Source: Octopus vulgaris (lineage: Eukaryota). Taken from it: a stretch of 64,000 nucleotides of DNA. Within the stretch, counting starts at the first letter, position 1. The number at the start of each line of letters is the position of its first letter. The position numbers and the translations under genes are program-made. The notes under the pieces were generated by a model. That model searched no databases, had not been told where the DNA came from, and was given only the letters and a program-made list of their open reading frames with translations. Where the stretch lies: assembly GCA_951406725.2 (NCBI GenBank), contig OX597817.1:1984001-2048000 (forward strand), in the 5' to 3' direction. Below, in pieces: positions 38,906-53,289 of the stretch.

Positions 38906-41199
38906 AATAATCTTTTCTACAATAGGCACGAGGCCTAACATTTTGTGGGAGGCGGGGCAGTCCATTGAATCGACTCCAGTACACAACTGGCACTTAATTT
39001 ATCGACCCCACTAGGCTGAAAGGCGAAGTGGACCTCGGCGGAATTTGAACTGAGAACGTAAGGACAGACGAAATACGGTTAAGCATTTCGCTTGGCGTGC
39101 TAACGATTCTGCCAGCTCGCCGCCTTAGATTAAAAGTAAATAATAATAAGAAGGAGAACAGCAACAACAACAACAACAACAACAATAATGGGGAAAAGAG
39201 GCACCATAGGGGTGATGCATACACTGCGCACAGATAATTTTTTTTGCAAATTATAGTGTGGCTTACAATGCGTTGCTTACCTATGCTTTTTAATTGAACT
39301 GAATTAATTTTTTTTTAAGTATCACCATTATAGTTATTTATACTCCGGTGAAATCAATAAATCACCTCGTAAATAAACGAAACCCTCGATTCCATCACTG
39401 TACACGCACGTACGCACACACACACACACACACACACACAAATACACACACACACACACATACACACATACATACACAGAATCCCATAGGTATGTATGTA
39501 CGCACACGTGTCTACGCTCATAGGTACATCATGATCTATACACACGCAGACGAGGCTCGATTCATATGGAAAAGAAAGTGAACAAAATAACATGACCACT
39601 TGCTGATCGCGAAATTTGTGAGTTCGAATTTTGTAAATTCAATTTTTTTTTTTAAGATAATCGAACTAAATGTTCATCATTTTGAGCCACTCACCCAGTA
39701 TTTCTACCAAATGTGAAAATCCGTTCCGCCGTTCTGTAGTAATTTTGCAAACACAAACACAAACAGACAAAGACGAGTGATTACAATACCTGGCTTTCAC
39801 TTACACGCGCCAGATAATAATAATAATTATTAAAGTAACACCAACTTGAAATTGTAACTTGCTGTCTCTTGAGGTCTCTGGATGAGACTTGGAGTCACCT
39901 TGTTCAAATACAAAGCAAAAGCCTAATATAATAATAATAATAATAATGATGATGATGATGATGATGCTTTCAAATTTTGGCACAAGGCCAGCAAGTTCGG
40001 GGAGGGGTAAGTCGATTACATCAACCCCAAACTCTACGGGTACTTATTGCATCGATTTTGTGTTGAATTGTTTTCTGCTGAAATAGAAAGAAATCTAATT
40101 TAACAGAAGCAGAAGTGTTTCCACATATGCATACACACACACACACACACATACACACATACACACACACACACACAGATGCAAACACACACACACACAC
40201 GTCAAAGGCACCATACTCCAAGTCATGACGATTTAAATAAAAATTGCATTTGATGACGTCATATCATAGGTATGTATATAGAGTAATTGTTCAAGTTAAT
40301 TGACTACTTAAAATTCCAACTTGAACTGTGACTAAAACAAATTAAGTAGTGTGTTATAGCAGCCCAGCAAAGAATGGCCACAGTGGTTTATCATTGAACT
40401 GGTACATGTAAAGTAGAAAGAAAGTATGAACAGGCAAAAAGTCGGAATCGGTTTAGATCAGGACATCTACCTATCTAAATATAGTAGTCGTTGTAGGCAT
40501 CAGTCGGTCGCAGGAGGTCATGGACCTGCGCCCAAAGAAATCGTGTCAACTGCTGATGGTGGTGCAGCGTCTGTTGTGGTTGTACAGGCCCACACAGGAG
40601 CGGCAGTCACGCATAAGCGACTGCATTTGAAGGAGCTCTGAGTTAACAATTCTATTCTAACAACTCAGTAATTATGCTTAATTATGTAACTGCTTTGATG
40701 TTTGACACTGCTTAGAGACGAAAATGCATTCGACTGGGATTTTGTTTTCGTTAGCGTGGCGGTGACGTCATTAACTGTAGCCAATAGTACGCCAGTGTTC
40801 TCTTTTTTCTCCGACAAGGAACGCGTCCCGTCGTCGAACATTATGATGACTTCTTTGTCAGTTATGTTTCAATATTTATGGAAAATAGCAAAATATTTGC
40901 TTTTTCCGTTAGTTGGCGAATGAAAAAAAAAGATTATTGATGTGCATTCCTGCAAAACAGCGGGTGTTTCTTAGTATTTTTGCTATCAGCGCAGTCGAAA
41001 CAATGTCAGAAACTGAGGCGGTGACAATAAAACTGAAAGAACGGGGCTTTAGAAAACCGAAAAGATTATAAACACTCTTACAACTTGCGGAGCTTTAAGA
41101 AACCGTGTCTTCCCAGTATAGCGGCGATAACAACAGCAACAACAACAACAATAACAACAACAACAATAACAACAACAACAACAACTACAACAACTACAA

Positions 41200-42265
41200 C
41201 AAAATGGACACGTGAGGAATATATTTCAATCCTACACGCTTATTTTACAGCTGTTCTACCCACAACGAAAACACAACATATACACATAAAATCTGGAAGG
41301 AAAATAACAAGATCCCCAACTTCTGGCTAAAATACCTAACAGGAACACACAAAAAGCTGGCTCAAAAAGTTAATGAAATACTAGCAGAGCCAGAGGCAAT
41401 GCCTGAATGGCTCACGGAAGGGAAAAACTATCTTAATTCCCAAATCCACTGAAACGGCAAACCCGCAAAACTACAGACCGATAAATTGTCTCCTTACAAT
41501 CTACAAAGTCTTTACTGCAATAATATCGCAGAGAATAAGAAAATATCTGGACGTAAACAATCTGTTTCCAGAAGAGCAGAAGGGATGCTACAAGGGCCCA
41601 TACGGCTCTAAAGATCAGCTACTGATCAATAAAGCCATAACTGGAGACAGCCGAAGAAAGAAGGATCTAAGTATGGCCTGGATAGATTACCGAAACGTTT
41701 TTGATAATATTCCCCACACATAGATCCTAGAAACAGTAGCTATGTACAAGGTAGCACCAATAATCATAAAATACATAAAACATTCCATGAATAAATGGCA
41801 GACAAAAGAGGTACTCATAAATATCAAATCCATCCCCATTAGAAGAGGAATATTCTAGGGAGACATGCTCTCTCCATTCCTCTTCTGCTTGGCAGTGAAA
41901 CTTTTATTTGACATGCTAAACAGAACTGAAGGTGGATACAACTGTTACGGCAAAACAATCAGCCACCTCTCATATATGGATGATCTGAAATTGTACGCTA
42001 CAAATGATAAATAGCTGGAAGCATTACCACAGACGGTACATGGATTTACCAAAGAGATAAACATGAAATTTGGCTTAGAAAAATGTGCCAAAGCAACATT
42101 GAAAAGAGAAAAACTAGCTAAGAGTAGCAACACCACACTAGATAAAACAAATGAAATAAGTGAATTAGAGCAAAGCCAGACATACAAATACTTAGGAATC
42201 AATGAACTAGATACGATACAACACATGAAAGAGAAGATAAGAAAAGAATACTACAGAGCTCAATG
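41200..42265 (+). mobile_element. R4/Dong-like LINE RT remnant
   Basis: KWTREEY, PEWLTEG, NYRPINCL, PEEQKGC, DQLLINK, MAWIDY, RRGIF*GDMLSP.LFCLA, YMDDLKLYA, MKFGLEKCA, YKYLGI. Confidence 0.85.
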
Positions 42266-43457
42266 ATTAAGATACGATATACTTTTTACTAAATTATAAA
42301 ATGAACGAATATTTGATTGGATTCATCTTATGTCTAAAACCTTTGGTCTGTAATGATAGCAAAGAAGTTCTTAGTACTTTTGTTGACATTATACAAGTTT
42401 CCATTGAAATAGTAAGGACTTTTATAATAAAATGTCGTAAGAATTTTCACTTTGCTATGTCAAATTGTGTTAGACGAAAACTCTGTTTTATGACTGTCTG
42501 CAAAATCTAGAATGTCTGAAATGTGTGAAGTTGTAATTTCTTGAACAGCAACCTAGTGTGGAGTACAATGGGGCCATGCATTGATCTGCAGCTGTTCAGA
42601 TCTGAAGAAATTTCCAATCTCGAAATAAAAGCAATGCTTTTCAGATGCAGCTTTAGCTATGCCTCAGATATGACTTTGTAATAAAAAGAAACGACCTGGG
42701 AGAAAGAATCAATTTATTGAACTTGAATATGTAAGTCGACGTAATCGAGTCGTTTAATATTGTCACTAAGCAACATTCAAAGTTATACGCACACAAATGA
42801 GTGACAGATGTTACAAACGTACTTGAATTAGAGATAAAGTTATACGGTGTGCATTGTGACATGTGTTCCCATTCCAGGTGGTTCACTGCGCACATCCATG
42901 ACTATAACACCGACTACAAGGACATACCCATCATCACAGACATAAATATTGTTGTTTGCAATTAGAAATAATCATTAAAGGCTAATCAAATAGAGTATGT
43001 CAACAACTGTGTCTCTTGCAATCTGAAATGAATAGAGCAAACGAACAAATCTGAAAACACGTGGACGTACTGAGACTTGTTACAAAAGAAGCAAAAAAGA
43101 TCTCCAAATAATTTCGAAAGCAACTGAAATTCTATTTAAATATACGTTAGCGGTTACTGTGCAAAGTAACCAGTCCTTCCTTTGACCTGTTCCTTATCGA
43201 TTTATGTACCAACCTGTGGCTAAATTGCTTGAACGAGCGGATAACTACTTTTTAGTTCATCAGCGGCTGGCATGAGGAATTGTCATACAAATATCCATGT
43301 AGATGTCCACCGAGGTAACTTGTGGTAAATATTCTCTATTTTCTTTAAGTTATGTATGTGACGGATATTTTCACCGCTGTTTCACTCACAATAATTAAAC
43401 GTATCGCTTAAATGAACTTAATTTATGCGGCTTAGTTTCCCGTGCGTTCATCTACCT

Positions 43458-43620
<163 letters not shown>

Positions 43621-44369
43621 CACACACACACATACACACACAAACACACATTATTTTAGAAGGAAAACGAGTTAGATCTAAGCAGTTTCTGCTCAGTAGC
43701 CAGGGAATTCGAAGTAACCGTCAACGTATTCTTTGGGAACATAAAAGGAAATAAATATGGTGCACTACTAAATACTATCACGTGATCATTCAATCAATGT
43801 GCCACTCTTTTAGTATATAATGATACGTTCAAAAAAGACAAGCCTTAATATATACGTGTGTCTTTGTACGCATCTGTTATATTGGAAGTATTTATGCAGA
43901 ACTTCCAGTTTTTTTTAGGGTTATTTGCAATTAAATCATTAGTCCTCTATGTTTAGTTAGAAATTATGACGGAGCCAGGTTCATTAACGTGTTAACACAT
44001 TCTCAGTTTCATTTTCTCAATGATAAGAATGATTTTGGCGTTTTGTATCGTGTTTTAGCCATTGGCTGAGAGGATCGATCGACAAGAGTGAATGAAGAAC
44101 GTGTAATAGATAAAAATTCAAAGTGATGTGAAAGGCACTACTTATATCATAATATCTTTTCTCTTCCCCACAGCAGAAAAATATTTAAAAGGTTTCTTAG
44201 ATATTTCTCTGCTCTTCGTATCAACTGTGGCTTTGAAAACTTAGCTATCATCAACTTTATTCAGAGGGTGAAATCGAGAAAATCTAGAAAAGTTAATGAA
44301 CGTAGGAACTAAATTGCTTCAAACTAAATATATTATAAATATAATATAAAGGAGAAAATACCTGAAATC

Positions 44370-44605
44370 GACACTTCTCCATTGTATTTTTTAGCGGATT
44401 GCTTGTTATATAAACCTAATCTGTTTTTATTGTCAGTATATTTAAAAAAAGCCTCAGATAAAATCTTAAAAGCTTATGTAACAGCTGACTGGTTAAGAAG
44501 TTTAAAGAAACTTATATAATAGTTGTACAGAAAAGAAGTCCGGTTCGCAACGATGTAGTAGAAGGTTCGAATTCACCGCGTAGGTCTTCCAGCAGATGAT
44601 TTCTA
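44370..44605 (+). repeat. Copy 1 of a ~236-bp local direct duplication
   Basis: Near-identical to 48757-48992. Confidence 0.92.
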
Positions 44606-44916
44606 TATAACATGCTTCAAAGAAAAGTTGTTTCCTACACACAAACTCACTCTCTCTCTCTCTTTCTCTCTCTCTCTCTTTCTCTCTTTCTCTCTCTCTC
44701 TTTCTCTCTCTCATAACGCGCGTGCACATACACACACACACAAACACATACACATAACACGAAAGCACATACGCATGACTACACAATGCTAACAACGTCG
44801 TTAGACATTTTCGTGTACAGGACATCCAAGGTTTCAACACGCACTTGTGTATAGCAGTAGAGCAAAGAATACTCTCTCTCTCTCTCTCCCTCTCTCTCTC
44901 TCTCCCTATTTATATA

Positions 44917-44978
<62 letters not shown>

Positions 44979-45248
44979 TGCATACATACATACATTATGG
45001 CTGCCCACTCGTTATCGAGTATGGCCATTGCACGAAGCTTAACTGTTACTGGTGCTGTGATCGAATGTGACTTTTTAGCCCAGCTAAAGATCTACATACA
45101 TACATACGTACATACATACAATCATACATACATACACACATACATACATACATACATACATACATACATACATACATACATACATACATACATACATACA
45201 TACATACATACATACATAATACTCATATTGATGCATACATACATAAAT

Positions 45249-45319
<71 letters not shown>

Positions 45320-45533
45320 TTATTTATGTTCGTGTGGATGTATATAAATATTTGTTTTTACATACCTTTGGAAATAAGAAGAAAGCATCTTGTTAGCAGG
45401 CTCACAAGTAGCATACAGTGTAGAGTAGGTTTCATTTTTTGCCGTGCTTCTAAATGAGTGATGTGAGAGAAGTTTCATAATTTTATCATAAATACATTTT
45501 CCAAAAAAATTGTCTTATATACATCTGAGATTT

Positions 45534-45581
<48 letters not shown>

Positions 45582-45919
45582 GCATGTGCATATTCGTTTG
45601 CACTCTTTCCCATTTTCTATATCTGCCTCTCTCTTTATAGTCGTTTCGTAACTCCTAATTTGTTATTACATATACACACCCATATACAAACGCACATGAA
45701 CTTACAAGCTAGTTGAAATTTACTTTCCGCTATTCGCGAAGGATACATGAGTTAGAAAATTAAAATAATTACAATAGACTTACCAATTAAGTTTGCTATT
45801 ACTATGTTTTTCTCTACATATTTACATCTGCGCAGTAAGGTTGTAGATTTTGAAAGTGCAAGAAATTTTGTATAATATTGATCTATCTTTCTTCTACTTC
45901 AATTATTACATAGTCTAAA

Positions 45920-46103
45920 AGATTTGCAGGGGATTCCGAAGTTGTCTGGAGGCCGGTGTTGAAGCCAATGGCAATTTTATTGAATAGATTTACTCTTTAG
46001 TATTTCAAGATATTTTTATGTAATTCTGGTGAATATATCTGTTAAAATGAGATGCCAGTGTTATTTTGCGTAATTTAGACGACAGTTGATTCACCACACC
46101 CTG
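45920..46103 (+). mobile_element. maT/Tc1-mariner 3' end
   Basis: EANGNFIE* followed by a TIR-like end caccacaccctg|ta; homologous to 53690-53860. Confidence 0.7.
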
Positions 46104-46136
46104 TATATATATATATATTTATATATATAATATAAA

Positions 46137-46193
<57 letters not shown>

Positions 46194-46615
46194 TATATGT
46201 ATATACATATATATATGTATGTATATATACATGTATGTATATATACATATATATATATATATACATATATATAAACCGTAAACATGAAATACGAAGACAA
46301 ACTTTTGTATGCGAACAATGAGAATAGCAAATAGAAAACAAGACAAGTAACATAAAGAACGACCTTTCATCAGTTGTCGGTTGTTTATCTACTTCACATT
46401 TCGAGCAATTCACAATATGCGCCTTCGAGAAAGCAGTTACTCCCGCGAACTAAAATAAAATTTGGGATTTGCGGAGGGTCAAAGCTGGTAGCAAAAACAG
46501 GACAGTAAAAGCAAACAGTGAGGGCCGCTAGGCCACACGAGGTGAGGTAGCAAACGCTGGAGACACAATTTTTGACTGGAGGAAAGATAGGAGAGGAGAC
46601 AGACAATATGCATAC

Positions 46616-46648
<33 letters not shown>

Positions 46649-46678
46649 TGTATGTATGTATGTATGTATGTATGTATG

Positions 46679-46728
<50 letters not shown>

Positions 46729-46799
46729 TGTCTATCTAGCTATTTATCTGTTTATGTATGCATGTATGTATGTACATGTATTTATGTATGTATGCACGT

Positions 46800-47262
46800 A
46801 TGGAACGGAGTGAAAACTTTTGAGGAGGCCAGGATGACACATGCAAGACTCATGAGAGATTTAATGAAGAATGTTGCGATCAACAAGAATGTGAATCTCA
46901 GCGACCTTTTTGTGCTCACAATTTGTGACAAGTGATACCTTTCTTTTGCGGGGCTCAAATCTCATCTGCACACCCATAAAAACGCACCTCCAGCAACTAC
47001 TCTGCCAATATATCTATGCATCCCTTTCAGAGCCGTGTATGCCATAATGTCTGCAAATCTAACGGAAGCCTCAAAAGACATTTTAAGATTCAAAAAGATC
47101 AGACCTTAGCTGCAGCTCTTAGTGGTTCAAATCAGTTATGCAATCTATGTGGGTGTCTTTTCAATACATCGTCTGGATTAAAAAGCCACATTAATCACCA
47201 TGATGGCTCTAATGTATAAGTACAAGGGGTGATCAGACTCTGCATAAGGAGTAGACAACCAC
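46800..47262 (+). mobile_element. Second, more truncated copy of the triple-zinc-finger RTE 3' end
   Basis: Colinear with 28065-28520: GVKTFEEAR, FAGLKSHLHTH, CHNVCKSNGSLKRHFK, CNLCGCLFNTSSGLKSHINHH. Confidence 0.88.
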
Positions 47263-47415
47263 TGTATATATATATAAAATCCCACTAGAATGGGAGAAAG
47301 CGCTAATAATCTGAATGATATGATCTGTATGATATGATATATATATGTAAAAAATGTAATATATAAATAAATATCTATAAATATGAACCATCCGATCTTC
47401 TGATTACCTCATTTC

Positions 47416-47484
<69 letters not shown>

Positions 47485-47586
47485 TTTAAAATTGAGAGTT
47501 TGCATGAAAGGAAACAAAACGCAATGTATTATCCAAACATAAAGTATTTTAAAATAAAAAATTATGAATAAGTTTATGGCTGGGCG

Positions 47587-47900
47587 CTTACTCAAAGTAG
47601 CCGCCCTCAGCTTCCACCGCGGTTTTTATCTTGGTTACAAGCTCGGCCTTGGTGTTGCAGTCAGAGCATTTAGAGACCTTCTCAACCGCACCTCACACAT
47701 AGTAAATCATGGGATTACAATTGGGAGAATTAGGAAACCATAACTTGGAGTTAAAATTGTAGAAATCATCCGACAGCAACTTCGGTGTCTTTTCTGGGGA
47801 TATGGTAAGGAGCCAAATCCTGCTACCAAACATATGCCTTTCCAACAACAACCCTTTCCAGCTAGGACTTGACCACCCACAGTTGCCAACAGCGTCACTG
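47587..47900 (-). mobile_element. maT-like (Tc1/mariner) transposase remnant
   Basis: YVW*QDLAP, WFPNSPNCNP, YYV*GAVEK and VEAEGGYFE* across frameshifts. Confidence 0.7.
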
Positions 47901-48756
47901 CCATCTGAATTGAGCCTAAGGCGTTGTTCAAAGATCTGGGATGAATCTTAGCATGCAGACTCAATGAGAAAACCTGCTGTGTTCTTTCTGGTTCGCCACG
48001 GCTTCGTAGTCTCCGTTGCAGGCTGTTCAAGTTACGTCTTGCAGCCAGCCCTCACAGCTGGTTGTTCACCAATACATCAAACTGGTCCCGAAAAGGCGAT
48101 ATAAAAAAATCATTAAATTTAACCTGAACAACCTTATATATAGGTAGTGACCTTTCATTGAATGAGATAAAGTCTACAAATGAACCTAATTCCAAAATGC
48201 TAGTGTTATTATTTAGCCCTGAATAAGTTTCTGTTTCTCTCTTCGACAAAAGATAGTTCTACAGGAGCCGAAATGGCTAACGATTTTAATCTTTAATACC
48301 AAAAGTATCGTTTTTAATTGGAAGTTTTTCTCAAGCTTTCAAACATTGAAACGAGCCAATTAAGGAACCTCTATGTAGCCGATTGACCTACTAGGAATTA
48401 CAGTAAATCACACCCTGTCTGAAATCACACCCCGAAGTCTTGCCAATGGAAGACACACTTGACTGTGTAGCCTTAGATAAAAAAAAAAAACTGGATGGTC
48501 AGTGCTGGGACATTTTTGATTTGGGGTTTGATTTTGATAGATCTTTCATGAAACACAAAATTAACATAAACCACACAACTCTGACATATCCGGCAATTAA
48601 ATTTGGTTGTTTTATTTTCAAATTTAACAGTCGTATTACCTGATTTCTTTTTCTTGCTTTTCATTTTATTCTTGTCTGAGTTTATTCAAAATCTTCTTTC
48701 TTGGGAAGTGATTCATATCAGTGTGCAAGGCAAGTATTTACAGTGAGAATATCAAA

Positions 48757-48992
48757 GACACTTCTCCATTGTATTTTTTAGCGGATTGCTTGTTATATAA
48801 ACCTAATCTGTTTTTATTGTGAGTATATTTCAAAAAAGCCTCAGTTAAAATCTTAAAAGCTTATGTAACAGCTGACTGGTTAAGAAGTTTAAAGAAACTT
48901 ATGTAATAGTTGAACAGAAAAGAAGTCCGGTTCGCAACGATGTAGTTGAAGGTTCGAATTCACCGCGTAGGTCTTCGAGCAGATGATTTCTA
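48757..48992 (+). repeat. Copy 2 of a ~236-bp local direct duplication
   Basis: Near-identical to 44370-44605, with a few substitutions. Confidence 0.92.
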
Positions 48993-49149
48993 CTACACAT
49001 TCCTTGACCAATGATATGAGGGCGAAATTTGGACACCGAGTAAATGCGAGTCATATATACAACGCATGAAGGGTATTTGATGACACTTAATTATCAGCAT
49101 ATTACTCTCTTCAAACCAATTAAAAAGTTTTTATTTCTTTCAGATCATC

Positions 49150-50030
49150 TATAATAGATGAAAAGTCACAATCTTTGTTGTCATATAAGCAGAACACAGC
49201 AACTTAGATGTTGCCAACTTTCTATAGATGCAAGAAATTTTGTACACAAAGTTCGGATGGAACTGGAAGCTATTGCTGGGAATCTTTCAAACGTATGAAA
49301 GATAAAAATTTTGAAATATTCGGACACCATAAGGACACTAAAATAAACGAGGGACATTGCCAAAAGGGCGAAGTTGTCTCTCAGAACCACAATGCACAAG
49401 GACATTCGATACAAGTCGTATATGCTGAGGAGAAACTAATTCATCCTCGCAAAGACGCTGGGAAGCTGTTTGATTTGAAACAAGTAGTTACTTAACAAGG
49501 TTGTAAACCCGCATGCTTTGGAAAATCTTCAGCCAAGATCAAAAGTTTAACTGGAAAAATACCAGATGTTTATGTGCAGATCCTTTTGAGATCCCCATGT
49601 GATACACCCTAAGTTTTCAGCATCTTTTCACGGGGTTTTAGAATTAATGCTTTTGTATACGCTGAGGTGCTGGAGACACCCTGGGTGGATGACGTATGCA
49701 GTAGATCATACACGTTGCAATATGACTCAGCATTTTCTCAGAAAGCCTACGTAGCTCAAGAATAGCTGTCAGATAATGTTTACTGTCACGTAACACCATA
49801 CTTGTGGCCTCTAAAATCGCCAGATTTAAATCCCACTGACTACTACGTTTCGATTATTGTTGAACGGGAACCTAGACGACATTCTCACAATATCCATAGC
49901 ATCACTGAAGACTGCCATTGTCCAGGTGACGTCCGAAATTAATAAGAACCATTGAGTGGAAGCATGTCAATAATTGCAGCCCCACGTTAGAGCTATCATT
50001 GAAGCTGAAGGCGGATTCGTAAAATAATCT
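49150..50030 (+). mobile_element. maT-like (Tc1/mariner) transposase remnant
   Basis: YAEVLETPWV...YDSA...LWPLKSPDLNPTDYYV...IIEAEGGFVK*. Confidence 0.8.
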
Positions 50031-51194
50031 TATAAGAAAGCTTATCGAGAACATGAGCAGAAATTTATATTAGAATATGTTTCATTAAAATACATTTCGA
50101 GTTGCTTTATTAAATTACCATATATGTCCTCAAATACCTCTCTTTCCTTCTCATATATGTAAGCGATTAATGATGTCAGATGGCGATTACATAAGCACCT
50201 AAAGCAATTAACGAAAGCATAGTAATATGTCAAGTCATACTCATGAAAAAACGTGACGGATGACTCTTATGTGTGTGTGTATGCTTATGTAGGTTTATGC
50301 TTATGTGTGTGTATGTTTATTTGTGAGTGTGTGTGTTTACACGTAATTTTCTAGTCTGGTTTATCAAGCGTGCAATTTCCGATTTTTCTTTTAAAAACAA
50401 GCCACTGATATGTCCAGCTGATATTAACCTCTTTGGGATGCCTTCGACACAAGTTCATTAACTTCCACTAAATAAATCCGTTGCCTTGTTTATTCGAAAT
50501 GCCTATCCCAAAGAGGTTAATATCAGCTGGACATATCAGTGGCCTGTTTTTAAAAGAAAAATCGGAAATTGCACGCTTGATAAACCAGACTAGAAAATTA
50601 CGTGTAAACACACACACTCACAAATAAACATACACACACATAAGCATAAACCTACATAAGCATACACACACACATAAGAGTCATCCGTCACGTTTTTTCA
50701 TGAGTATGACTTGACATATTACTATGCTTTCGTTAATTGCTTTAGGTGCTTATATAATCGCCATCTGACATCATTAATCGCTTACATATATGAGAAGGAA
50801 AGAGAGGTATTTGAGGACATATATGGTAATTTAATAAAGCAACTCGAAATGTATTTTAATGAAACATATTCTTATATAAATTTCTGCTCATGTTCTCGAT
50901 AAGCTTTCTTATAAGATTATTTTACGAATCCGCCTTCAGCTTCAATGATTGCTCTAACGTGGGGCTGCAATTATTGACATGCTTCCACTCAATGGTTCTT
51001 ATTAATTTCGGACGTCACCTGGACAATGGCAGACTTCAGTGATGCTATGGATATTGGGAGAATGTCATCTAGGTTCCCGTTCAACAATGCTCGAAACGTA
51101 GTAGTCAGTGGGATTTAAATCTGGCGATTTTAGAGGCCACAAGTTTGGTGTTACGTGACAGTAAACATTATCTGACATCCATTCTTGGGCTATG
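49750..51194. repeat. Long inverted repeat: ~690-bp arms 49750-50439 and 50505-51194, 65-bp spacer
   Basis: Mirror ORFs 50042-50233(-) and 50711-50902(+). Paired coordinates sum to 100944 at the inner edges, the mirror ORFs and the outer ends. Confidence 0.97.
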
Positions 51195-51507
51195 CAAAAT
51201 ATAATGAAATGCTTTTCCTAAGGAAGATCTTACGTAATCGATGCATTTCCTATTATATATTTGTTATGTGCACCTGAAGAGTACGTACTAAATTGTTCCA
51301 AATTATTACTCTTTGATTTGACTTCATTATTACAACATACCATGTTCGAGTACCGCCTTTAGTCAAACAAATCGTCCCCAAGACTTACTCCTTGTAAACC
51401 TAGTACTTATTCTATCGGCCATTTTTGCCGAACCACTATGTAATGGGGACGTAAACCCCCCCCGTCTGTTGTCAAGTGATGATGGGGGCACAAACACAGA
51501 CATACAA

Positions 51508-51880
<373 letters not shown>

Positions 51881-52030
51881 CGCAAGCGTGGTTGTGTGGT
51901 AAGAAGTTTGATTCCAAGTCACATGGTTGCACCTTTGGCAAGTATCATCTAAGAAAGCCTTGTGAGTGGATTTGATGGATGGAAATTGAACGAAGCCCAT
52001 CATATATATACATATATATATGTCTACCAA

Positions 52031-52093
<63 letters not shown>

Positions 52094-52234
52094 CGATGGG
52101 ATTCTCCCAATTTCCATCAACCAAATCCACTCACAAGGCTTTGGTCGGCCCGAGGCTATAGTAGAAGACACTCGCCCGAGGTGCACCCATGTGGTTGCGA
52201 ATCAAGCTTCTTACCACACAACTACGCCTGCGCC

Positions 52235-52343
<109 letters not shown>

Positions 52344-52464
52344 TATCTGGAACTCGACTGAAGAAAGAAAACTTCGAATGACCCGTCCTTGTTTTTTTTT
52401 TGTAACGTCTTTCTGGATGTTTTGCATTCTTGTCCCATTTTTGGTATTCCTTTATACATATCTG

Positions 52465-52597
<133 letters not shown>

Positions 52598-53187
52598 ATA
52601 TATATATATCAATATATATATACACACTTATGTATATATTTATGCGTGCGCGCGTCTGTGTGTCTGTGTCCCCCGGCTGTCTGTTCATAACTGATGCTGA
52701 TGTATTTACGTCCCCGTAAACTAGCGGTTCGGAAAAAAGAATGATAGAATAAGTACTAGGCTTACAAAGAATAAATCTTGGGGCCATGCTGGAGCACCGC
52801 CTTTAGTCGAATAAATCGACTCCAGGACTTATTCTTCGTAAGCCTAGTACTTATTCTATTGGTCAATTTTGCCGAATTGCTAAGTTACAGGGGCGTAAAG
52901 ACACCATCGGTTGTCAAGCGATGGCGTGGTGACAAACACAGACACACCTACACAGACACAGACACACACAGAAACACATACACACACACACACATACATA
53001 CATATATACGATGGGCTTCTTTCCGTTTCCGCCTACAAAATTCACGCACAAATCTTCATTCGGCCCGAGGCTATAGCAGAAGACACTTGCCCACGTTGCC
53101 ACGCAGTGGGACTGAACCCAGAACCATGTAGTCGGGAAACAATCTTCGTACCACACAGCCATGCTTGTGCCTATATATATATATATA

Positions 53188-53258
53188 TACGAAGCACTGG
53201 AAGCCACAATGCGAAGCACCGGAAGCCCCAATACGAAGCACCGGAAGCCCCAATACGA
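53188..53258. repeat. 22-bp tandem repeat, about 3 copies
   Basis: Unit tacgaagcaccggaagccccaa. Confidence 0.85.
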
Positions 53259-53289
53259 ATATGTACCGCGGGTGATGAAAATCTAATAT

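Noticed and set aside
44370-48992. Possible LTR retrotransposon defined by the direct repeats
   Set aside because: No TG...CA ends, PBS/PPT, TSD or internal gag/pol.
50042-50902. Twin 63-aa ORFs as a duplicated gene
   Set aside because: A by-product of the palindrome; non-ATG start and no recognisable domain.
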